DNA of 18,528 nt from a virus (taxonomy: Duplodnaviria; Heunggongvirae; Uroviricota; Caudoviricetes). A program made the position numbers and the translations under genes. Position 1 is the stretch's first letter; each line of letters starts with the position of its first letter. Of this stretch, positions 7,509 through 13,833 are shown piece by piece. The notes under the pieces were generated by a model. It made no database searches, had not been told where the DNA came from, and saw only the letters and a program-made list of their open reading frames with translations. The DNA lies in IMG/VR virus record IMGVR_UViG_2909739949_000002, positions 1-18,528 of that record; one strand, given 5' to 3'.

Positions 7509-7571
7509 GGAGGGTAACACCTCCCTTATTTCTTTTCTCTTTTGTTGACATCTCTGCAACACAACAAGGAG
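7509..7571 (+). promoter_or_regulatory. cassette element 9 (compensatory variant)
   Basis: GGAGG-gtaaca-CCTCC; TTGTTG (7542)-N14-CAACAA (7562) GGAG. Confidence 0.85.
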
Positions 7572-7576
7572 AAAAA

Positions 7577-7936
7577 ATGTTTCAAAGATTATTTGAGTTA
7601 ATTGCTAATGCGGGTTTAATTGTTCGCTTGAACAATATAGACTGCCATTACAATTACATGTCTAGGTCTATAAATATAAAACCAGAACAAATAGTAGACA
7701 TGTCTAAAGGATGTCTACTATCTAAGGTAGAAGTAGAATTCTACACTACCTTACATGAGTTCGGCCACTCTCTACAACCAGTAGAGATGATTGACAAAGC
7801 TCATATGACAGGTAACTTCTATCCTCTAGAAGAGGATGCTTGGAATAGAGCTGAAGAAGTATATAAAGAGAACTGGGGAAATCCCCCAGAAGAGTTCTAT
7901 ATGTTCAGAGATTACTCTCTGGACACCTATAAATAA
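7577..7936 (+). CDS. HExxH zincin-like (ImmA/IrrE-like) protein (119 aa)
   Basis: TTLHEFGHSLQ ... LEEDAWNRA; AAGGAG SD supports ATG 7577 over the track 7505. Confidence 0.7.
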   Translation: MFQRLFELIANAGLIVRLNNIDCHYNYMSRSINIKPEQIVDMSKGCLLSKVEVEFYTTLHEFGHSLQPVEMIDKAHMTGNFYPLEEDAWNRAEEVYKENWGNPPEEFYMFRDYSLDTYK

Positions 7937-7942
7937 ATAATT

Positions 7943-7999
7943 GGTAGGTATTATCCTACCTTTTTTCTTTTCTAGTGAAGTTTACATCCTCACTAGGAG
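7943..7999 (+). promoter_or_regulatory. cassette element 10
   Basis: GGTAGG-tattat-CCTACC + T6; CTAGTG (7972)-N13-CACTAG (7991) GAG. Confidence 0.9.
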
Positions 8000-8006
8000 A
8001 GAAAAG

Positions 8007-8552
8007 ATGTTTGTACTAAAACTAAATGATTGTCAAAATTCTTTAACCTTCACAGTCTTTGCTGAAGGTTATCCAATAACAGTTGAAAGATCGCTTCCAG
8101 AAGAAGTTGATTCAAGTTTCTGGATTGGAAAAGATTTATATCTTCTTTGTTCCTTCAAAGGAGAAGAAGGGGAGGGTGCTTGGAAACACTCTCTCCAATA
8201 TCTTAAAGAACAATTTCTACCCTCTATGGTAGAAACTCTTGATGAAGAGAAGTACAAAAACTATTTCAATAAGATAGAAAAGTACCAATCTGCTTCCAAG
8301 GCGGAACTCTTAACTTTCTTAGAAGAAGCAAGAGAAGAGTGGCAATCATATGTAAACTTGCAAATTAAATTCTCCAAAGAAGGTCAGCAGGCCTTAGAAG
8401 CTTCGAGGCTTCTCTTTGGAAATAGCTCTGAGAAATGGGCTCTTGAGCAAGTATATAATGTGTGTCGGAAGCAGGAAATTGCTTTAGGGAAGAAGAGAAA
8501 CCAAGCAGAAGAAACGAAGCAGATGCTAATTAGATTAATTTACTGCTCATAA
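8007..8552 (+). CDS. hypothetical protein, paralog family A (181 aa)
   Basis: N-terminal ~70 aa similar to 4869-5339; SD supports ATG 8007 over the track TTG 7941. Confidence 0.8.
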   Translation: MFVLKLNDCQNSLTFTVFAEGYPITVERSLPEEVDSSFWIGKDLYLLCSFKGEEGEGAWKHSLQYLKEQFLPSMVETLDEEKYKNYFNKIEKYQSASKAELLTFLEEAREEWQSYVNLQIKFSKEGQQALEASRLLFGNSSEKWALEQVYNVCRKQEIALGKKRNQAEETKQMLIRLIYCS

Positions 8553-8556
8553 TTAG

Positions 8557-8614
8557 AAAAGAGGGGATTGCTCCCCTCTTTTCTTTTCTAGTGAAGTTTA
8601 TAACTCACTAGGAG
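8557..8614 (+). promoter_or_regulatory. cassette element 11
   Basis: AAAAGAGGGGA-ttgc-TCCCCTCTTTT; CTAGTG (8588)-N12-CACTAG (8606) GAG. Confidence 0.9.
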
Positions 8615-8621
8615 AAATTAT

Positions 8622-9293
8622 ATGTCCACTTTAAATACTGCTGACTTAGCTTATTCTAACTGTAACTCTATCTCTGCAATAGGGATAGATATAGAAATAG
8701 AAACGCTACGTGCTCAGTTAGCTGCTGCTCAGGCTCGTATAGCTGAATTAGAAGCTGAGGTAGAACAGCTATCTACTAACCCTAACTTCAATACTCTTAA
8801 TAGAGTGGCTGGCTTGAATAAAGCTAAAGCTGCTATTAGAGAAGATAGAAGAAGAAAGCCAAATGGGACGATAACTCTAGTTACTATTGACATTGGTGGA
8901 ATGGGTAACAGTAACTCTTCTAGAGGAGAAATAGCTACTAATGAGGCTATGACTGAATTACTAGAAGAGATTCGTACTTCTTTCAGAAGTGGGGATATAC
9001 ATCTCCTTACTGATGGGCAACTAAACTCAGGTGATGAGTTTCTCTTTTGGTTATCAGTAGATGTTGGAGATATAAGTGGCATTATAGGCAGACTAGATAC
9101 TATGTCTAAGAAACATGGCTTTGAAGGTGCTTATTGTGGTCATGTTCAAGTAGAAGGTTCTCCATCTACTATTGATGAGCTAGGTCTAATAGCTAATCAA
9201 GGAATGGAGCAGGTATATCCAGTTAAGAAACAGATTAAGGCGGCTAAGAAATTAGCTGTTAAGAAGTCTATCTTATGGAGAGGCTTTAGATAA
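8622..9293 (+). CDS. coiled-coil + degenerate GGDEF (diguanylate cyclase-like) domain protein
   Basis: LSTNPNFNTLNR, LVTIDIGGMGNSNSSRGE..TN, FRSGDI, LNSGDEFLFWL follow the GGDEF pattern D.LTgl.NR / DiD.FK..ND..GH..GD / R..D / R.GGDEF. Confidence 0.75.
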   Translation: MSTLNTADLAYSNCNSISAIGIDIEIETLRAQLAAAQARIAELEAEVEQLSTNPNFNTLNRVAGLNKAKAAIREDRRRKPNGTITLVTIDIGGMGNSNSSRGEIATNEAMTELLEEIRTSFRSGDIHLLTDGQLNSGDEFLFWLSVDVGDISGIIGRLDTMSKKHGFEGAYCGHVQVEGSPSTIDELGLIANQGMEQVYPVKKQIKAAKKLAVKKSILWRGFR

Positions 9294-9303
9294 TTAATAT
9301 ATT

Positions 9304-9360
9304 AAAAGAGGGGAGTAATCTCCTCTTTTTTCTTCTAGTGAAAATTACATTCACTAGGAG
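9304..9360 (+). promoter_or_regulatory. cassette element 12
   Basis: AAAAGAGGGGAG-taat-CTCCTCTTTT; CTAGTG (9335)-N11-CACTAG (9352) GAG. Confidence 0.9.
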
Positions 9361-9366
9361 AATGAC

Positions 9367-9831
9367 ATGTTTAACTTAAAAGGTATTGTTGAGAAATATC
9401 AATCATTAACTAGTGCAGAGATATCTCTGCATTCTCTCAGAGTTAATCCTACTATATGGATTGATGAAGAGGAAGTAGATATCTTCTGTTCTTATATACA
9501 GGAGATAAACCTTATTACGATTCTCATTGATGAAGTAATAATGATTGCTAGAGACAATAACTGGGAACCTGAAGAGGTCTTTGAGTACATTCTAGTTCAT
9601 GAGATAGGTCACAGCCTTGACCCTGAACTAGAAGAACTTAACTCTCAGTTAGTCAACAATGAAGAATTGAGTGAAGTTAAGTTCCGGGCAGAGGTTAACG
9701 CTTGGAAGATAGCTGACACTATTATTCCAGAACAAACTCTAAGGTATAAAATCCTTAGAGCTAACTGCTTAGAAGCTTATAGTGAAGGGCATCCTGAATG
9801 GAGAGATAAGTGGTGTCCTGATTACTTCTAA
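9367..9831 (+). CDS. HExxH zincin-like (ImmA/IrrE-like) protein (154 aa)
   Basis: YILVHEIGHSLD ... AEVNAWKIA. Confidence 0.7.
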   Translation: MFNLKGIVEKYQSLTSAEISLHSLRVNPTIWIDEEEVDIFCSYIQEINLITILIDEVIMIARDNNWEPEEVFEYILVHEIGHSLDPELEELNSQLVNNEELSEVKFRAEVNAWKIADTIIPEQTLRYKILRANCLEAYSEGHPEWRDKWCPDYF

Positions 9832-9844
9832 TTAAATAAAGATA

Positions 9845-9913
9845 GGGGAGAAATCCCCCTTCTTTCCTTCTAGTGACAGTTAGCAATACAGCTATCTAAA
9901 TTTTCACTAGGAG
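9845..9913 (+). promoter_or_regulatory. cassette element 13 (long loop)
   Basis: GGGGA-gaaa-TCCCC; CTAGTG (9870)-N29-CACTAG (9905) GAG with inner TAGC/GCTA stem. Confidence 0.85.
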
Positions 9914-9920
9914 AAAAATC

Positions 9921-10592
9921 ATGTTGAATAAAATATTTGACAAGCTATCAAATATCTTCTCTTCTACTAACTATAATATGGGGCTTTATGCTCCTATATG
10001 GTTAAAACATTTCTTCTTCGGAAAGGGAGAAGATATGATACTAGAAAATAGTCATCCTTTAGTCTTAAAGGAGGTCAAGAATATAACAGGATTCACAAGC
10101 CCTTTAACTGAAGGATTATGGCTTGGTAGAACTGGTATTATGAGAGCCCATGATCTTTCTGGATTCTACTGGTGTGTAGGCACCTACAAATGGAAAGCAG
10201 TAGAAGAGCTAGAAGATTCTTGGATTCTAGAATGTGAAGACTATTTTGACTTTCATAGATCTGGAAAAGAAGGTACTTGGGAATTTAGATTCCCAATTAA
10301 GTATAAGAAATGGATAGAAGGATTAAGACCCTTATGTCCATTTCCTTATACTGTAGAAAAGCCCTTCAAAGCAAGTTATTCATCTGAAAGAGAAAGAGAT
10401 GAAGAGCTTGCTAAAGAATTCTTCATAGTGTGCTTTGTTGAAACAGACCTCAATAAGTGGGGTAAATCATTCTTTACTAAATGGAGAATGATTATATCTA
10501 AAGAAGCATTAGATATGGTTTATGTCAAACCTATTTCAGAAGATGAAGAATATGAAGGAGAATACGAACCTTCTGAAGATTATGAAGACTAA
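9921..10592 (+). CDS. hypothetical protein (223 aa), acidic tail
   Basis: SD-led ORF; only a weak colicin-M-like motif resemblance (see findings). Confidence 0.75.
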   Translation: MLNKIFDKLSNIFSSTNYNMGLYAPIWLKHFFFGKGEDMILENSHPLVLKEVKNITGFTSPLTEGLWLGRTGIMRAHDLSGFYWCVGTYKWKAVEELEDSWILECEDYFDFHRSGKEGTWEFRFPIKYKKWIEGLRPLCPFPYTVEKPFKASYSSERERDEELAKEFFIVCFVETDLNKWGKSFFTKWRMIISKEALDMVYVKPISEDEEYEGEYEPSEDYED

Positions 10593-10601
10593 ATAAAGAT
10601 A

Positions 10602-10656
10602 GGGGAGAAATCCCCCTTCTTTCTTTCTAGTGAACACTCTACTTCACTAGAAGGAG
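10602..10656 (+). promoter_or_regulatory. cassette element 14
   Basis: Same terminator as element 13; TTCTTTCTAGTG (core 10627)-N12-CACTAGAAGGAG (core 10645). Confidence 0.9.
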
Positions 10657-10664
10657 AATCTAAT

Positions 10665-10802
10665 ATGTCTAGCGATAAGCAACTTACTTTGGTTGTAATC
10701 TTAGTATCTGCTGTAGTATCTACAGCATTAGTAATTCAAGGGTTATATTTATCCTTGAATGTTAAAGCACAGCCAATTACTAACGAGAGAGTAACTCGTT
10801 AG
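10665..10802 (+). CDS. small single-pass membrane protein (45 aa), not in the ORF track
   Basis: Translated by hand: MSSDKQLTLVVILVSAVVSTALVIQGLYLSLNVKAQPITNERVTR; AAGGAG SD; fills a complete cassette. Confidence 0.8.
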   Translation: MSSDKQLTLVVILVSAVVSTALVIQGLYLSLNVKAQPITNERVTR

Positions 10803-10813
10803 TAATAATTATA

Positions 10814-10867
10814 GGGGAGATATCTCTCCCCCTTTTTCTTCTAGTGATAACCAACATTCACTAGGAG
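10814..10867 (+). promoter_or_regulatory. cassette element 15
   Basis: GGGGAGA-tatc-TCTCCCC + T tract; CTAGTG (10841)-N12-CACTAG (10859) GAG. Confidence 0.9.
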
Positions 10868-10873
10868 AATGTG

Positions 10874-11365
10874 ATGCTAGTAGTTAAATTTGTTCCTACC
10901 TTCAATGACAACTCTATGCTAAAGAGTGCTGAAGAAGTAGCATGGCAACTACGTGGAAATGTAGTTGATGGAGAAGTATACGTCTGCATTGATATTATGC
11001 TTCCTCATATAAAAATGTATGCTACATCCAAGCAGATCGTTAAACATCTTATGCTTCAACTTCACTTGTTTGGGGTTGGGGTGCAAGGGTGTCCTTCTGT
11101 TGATAATAATTTTCAAGGAGATTGTAGAGAGTCAGGAGCCTTCTCTTGTATCTACGATCAAATTGAAGATCTATATAGACAGACAGAAGAGAGAGGTCTT
11201 GTAACTCTTAAGACTTTTACTAAAATGAACTTAGCTAAAGTAAAGATTATGGAAGAGAAATTCAAAGCTCTCCATAAGAAAGAAATAGAAGTCTTAAGAT
11301 TTGCTTTTCTGCATCAAGTACAAACAAGACATGAAGAGTTTGTAAGAAAGCAACGGCATAAATAA
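10874..11365 (+). CDS. hypothetical protein, paralog family C (with 11505-12089)
   Basis: MLVVKFVPTF..NSML..AE.VAWQ.RGNVVDGEVYVCID...KHLMLQL..FGVGV.GC shared; GTG 10871 is an alternative start. Confidence 0.8.
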   Translation: MLVVKFVPTFNDNSMLKSAEEVAWQLRGNVVDGEVYVCIDIMLPHIKMYATSKQIVKHLMLQLHLFGVGVQGCPSVDNNFQGDCRESGAFSCIYDQIEDLYRQTEERGLVTLKTFTKMNLAKVKIMEEKFKALHKKEIEVLRFAFLHQVQTRHEEFVRKQRHK

Positions 11366-11375
11366 AAAAGAGATA

Positions 11376-11443
11376 ACTAACTCTATCTGGTGAAAGTGAG
11401 TGTACATACTCATGAAAGAAAGGTTCGATTCCTTTAGTTAGTA
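11376..11443 (+). ncRNA. tRNA-like element copy 2
   Basis: ACTAACT | CTATCTGGTGAAA | GTGAG-TGTACATA-CTCAT | GAAAG | AAAGG-TTCGATT-CCTTT | AGTTAGT | A. Confidence 0.8.
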
Positions 11444-11497
11444 GGGGAGAAATCCCCCCCCTTTTTTCTTTCTAGTGATAACAATATTCACTAGGAG
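11444..11497 (+). promoter_or_regulatory. cassette element 16
   Basis: GGGGA-gaaa-TCCCC + C/T tract; CTAGTG (11472)-N11-CACTAG (11489) GAG. Confidence 0.9.
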
Positions 11498-11504
11498 TGA
11501 AGAA

Positions 11505-12089
11505 ATGCTAGTAGTTAAATTTGTTCCTACCTTCTCTGAGAATTCAATGTTACAAACTGCTGAAGACGTTGCTTGGCAGTTTCGTGGTAATGTAGTAGAT
11601 GGGGAGGTATATGTCTGCATTGATTTAATTCTTAACTCAAATAAAGTAGTGTATAAATATCAAGTCGTAAAACACTTGATGTTACAACTATTAATGTTTG
11701 GTGTTGGAGTTAAAGGATGCACCCAAATAGATAAAGATTTTGTGGGTTATGCTTGCAATATTGTAGAAACCTTCAAACCTCTAGAGGAACAGCTAGAGGA
11801 AATTTATTTCCGTGACGATAAGCACGGAATTATATCTGCCAAACGGTATCAAAAGCTGAATGGCATTCCTAACCCTTACTACTCTAAAGAAGAGGATGAT
11901 AAGTACAATGAAAAAATTGAGAAGATAAAGTATGACTACTTCCAAAGAGAAACTCTTAATATCTTAAAAAGATATGTCCAAGGGACACATGAGGCTAAAG
12001 TTAAACGTCAAATGGAAGAGAAAAGATTCAATTCAATGGTGTCTGAAACATGGGTACTAGAAGGAGATGATTTAGTACAAATTAAATAA
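11505..12089 (+). CDS. hypothetical protein, paralog family C (194 aa)
   Basis: Tandem paralog of 10874-11365; SD supports ATG 11505 over the track 11475. Confidence 0.8.
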   Translation: MLVVKFVPTFSENSMLQTAEDVAWQFRGNVVDGEVYVCIDLILNSNKVVYKYQVVKHLMLQLLMFGVGVKGCTQIDKDFVGYACNIVETFKPLEEQLEEIYFRDDKHGIISAKRYQKLNGIPNPYYSKEEDDKYNEKIEKIKYDYFQRETLNILKRYVQGTHEAKVKRQMEEKRFNSMVSETWVLEGDDLVQIK

Positions 12090-12098
12090 GAAGAGATA

Positions 12099-12166
12099 AC
12101 TAACTCTATCTGGTGAAAAGTGGCGTACATTCCACTTAAAGAAAGGTTCGATTCCTTTAGTTAGTA
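12099..12166 (+). ncRNA. tRNA-like element copy 3
   Basis: ACTAACT | CTATCTGGTGAAA | AGTGG-CGTACATT-CCACT | TAAAG | AAAGG-TTCGATT-CCTTT | AGTTAGT | A. Confidence 0.8.
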
Positions 12167-12168
12167 TT

Positions 12169-12232
12169 GGGGATTAATTTCCCCCTCTTTTACTTTTTAG
12201 TGAATAGGTTGTATTCACTAAAAAGTAAAAGA
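12169..12232 (+). promoter_or_regulatory. cassette element 17 (perfect 21-bp palindrome variant, no GGAG)
   Basis: GGGGA-ttaatt-TCCCC; TCTTTTACTTTTTAGTGAATA-ggttg-TATTCACTAAAAAGTAAAAGA. Confidence 0.85.
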
Positions 12233-12234
12233 TA

Positions 12235-12648
12235 ATGAGTATTAAACAACTACGCGCTGAAATCTCTCTACTTAAAGTTGAGTTAGCTAACACTGAGTTA
12301 GCTTATCAAAAGTTAAAGGCAGAGTACTCTGCTACCTACCTAGTTAATCTAGGTGGAGTAATAGTAGATAGAATGCAGGTAGAGGAAGATTTATTCTGGG
12401 CAGACTTTGATCCAGAAGAAGATGATTACTGGGAATATCTAGGTAAATTATACTGTACTGCTTCTGAAGAGCATATACAGGAAATAGGTCGTCATAGAGA
12501 TATCATTCTTGGGTTAAAAGACTTACCCCAAGAATGTTGTTCTATCTTCATCTCTCTTGAAGAGAAAAGAGAACAATTAGCAGAACTAGAAGATAAAGCT
12601 AGTAATAGATTTATGTATCTATTAGAAATGCTAGGTAACTTATTCTAA
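12235..12648 (+). CDS. acidic coiled-coil hypothetical protein (137 aa)
   Basis: Heptad-like N- and C-termini; no SD. Confidence 0.7.
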   Translation: MSIKQLRAEISLLKVELANTELAYQKLKAEYSATYLVNLGGVIVDRMQVEEDLFWADFDPEEDDYWEYLGKLYCTASEEHIQEIGRHRDIILGLKDLPQECCSIFISLEEKREQLAELEDKASNRFMYLLEMLGNLF

Positions 12649-12656
12649 TAGTATTG

Positions 12657-12712
12657 GGGTGGTGTAATGCCACCCTTTTACTTTTCTAGTGACTAACTAC
12701 ATTCACTAGGAG
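12657..12712 (+). promoter_or_regulatory. cassette element 18
   Basis: GGGTGGT-gtaat-GCCACCC + T4; CTAGTG (12686)-N12-CACTAG (12704) GAG. Confidence 0.9.
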
Positions 12713-12719
12713 AGAAAAC

Positions 12720-13151
12720 ATGTCTAATATTATTCCAGGTATTGACATTACATTAGATGAAAACAGAGGGAAGAAGGTAGCTAATGCGGCTGCCTTGGAT
12801 TTCCCTAGACCTGTACTCTTCCAATGTGAGAAGGGTTACAGATTCATGTTGTGTCATGGTGATTCTAATGGAGGAATTGTCCATGAAGATAAGATAGTTA
12901 GCCCATTAGAGTGGGTAACTACTTTATTTCAGTTAAAACCTGAACTAGCTCAAGGAGATCTTTACTTACTCTGCTGTCATCAAGATAAGCAGGTAGGTGG
13001 GGGTATTCCTGGCGGCGAGTTAATTATTCCATTCCCTGAGTGGCAAGGGGAGAACAAAATCTCCATAGGTGAAACTATGGATGATGGATGGGTTTTAAGT
13101 TTCTATAATAAGAAACTTTGGAGAGAAAGAAAAGCCTGGATAGATAAATAA
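12720..13151 (+). CDS. hypothetical protein, possible caspase/CHAT-like His-Cys peptidase fold
   Basis: RFMLCHG followed ~35 aa later by DLYLLCC. Confidence 0.4.
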   Translation: MSNIIPGIDITLDENRGKKVANAAALDFPRPVLFQCEKGYRFMLCHGDSNGGIVHEDKIVSPLEWVTTLFQLKPELAQGDLYLLCCHQDKQVGGGIPGGELIIPFPEWQGENKISIGETMDDGWVLSFYNKKLWRERKAWIDK

Positions 13152-13157
13152 ACATTT

Positions 13158-13225
13158 AGGGGAGATATCTCCCCTTTTTCTTCTAGTGAAGTTAACAATC
13201 CCGTTAACAAAAGTTTCACTAGGAG
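13158..13225 (+). promoter_or_regulatory. cassette element 19 (long loop)
   Basis: AGGGGAG-atat-CTCCCCT + T tract; CTAGTG (13183)-N28-CACTAG (13217) GAG with inner GTTAAC/GTTAAC stem. Confidence 0.85.
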
Positions 13226-13232
13226 AAAAAGA

Positions 13233-13712
13233 ATGTTACAAGTTAAACTATCTCAAGCTAAGAATGGATTACATATCATTAGCACTAATGTATTGATGAT
13301 TGATATTGATTGCAAAGGGCCTGGTCACAAAGATATGGCGAGTATATCTGCAAAGAGCAGGGCAGAAGCAGCAAACAGATTGATTACCTTCTCTAAAGAA
13401 GAACAACTTCCTATAGTAATCTACCCTACTAGAAGTGGAGTGCATTGCTATCTATTAGATAGACTACGTGATAGTAGAGATGCCGAGTCTTTACTGCTAA
13501 TGACTAGAGTTGGCTGCGATGCTAACTATATAGGTTTGACTTTGTTAAGTCAGACTGGATTATGGAATGAACGTATTAGTCCGAAGAAAGATAGAGAGGA
13601 ATTTCCTCCTATCTATGGATTTCAATTTGGGCCGAGTGAGAAGATTCATCCACTGTGCCAGAAGTGGATTGATATTAGAGGTGGGTTTATAAGCCGTCGT
13701 TGGAAGTTATAG
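13233..13712 (+). CDS. hypothetical protein, possible AEP/PrimPol-like catalytic core
   Basis: LMIDID (hhhDxD) and IYPTRSGVHCY (S/TxxGxH). Confidence 0.45.
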   Translation: MLQVKLSQAKNGLHIISTNVLMIDIDCKGPGHKDMASISAKSRAEAANRLITFSKEEQLPIVIYPTRSGVHCYLLDRLRDSRDAESLLLMTRVGCDANYIGLTLLSQTGLWNERISPKKDREEFPPIYGFQFGPSEKIHPLCQKWIDIRGGFISRRWKL

Positions 13713-13764
13713 AACTTGATTCTATTATTCCCTAGAGATAGGGAGTAACACTACTACACAATAG

Positions 13765-13827
13765 AGGGGCATTCCCCTTTTTTTCTTTCTAGTGAACTTT
13801 ATGGGCACTCAGCCCATTCACTAGGAG
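13765..13827 (+). promoter_or_regulatory. cassette element 20 (long loop)
   Basis: AGGGG-catt-CCCCT + T tract; CTAGTG (13789)-N24-CACTAG (13819) GAG with inner ATGGGC/GCCCAT stem. Confidence 0.85.
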
Positions 13828-13833
13828 AATAAA

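Noticed and set aside
11376-12166. Canonical tRNA genes or a tmRNA gene
   Set aside because: No D-stem, an 8-nt loop without U33, no G3-U pair, and no tag ORF or pseudoknot region; reported as tRNA-like instead.
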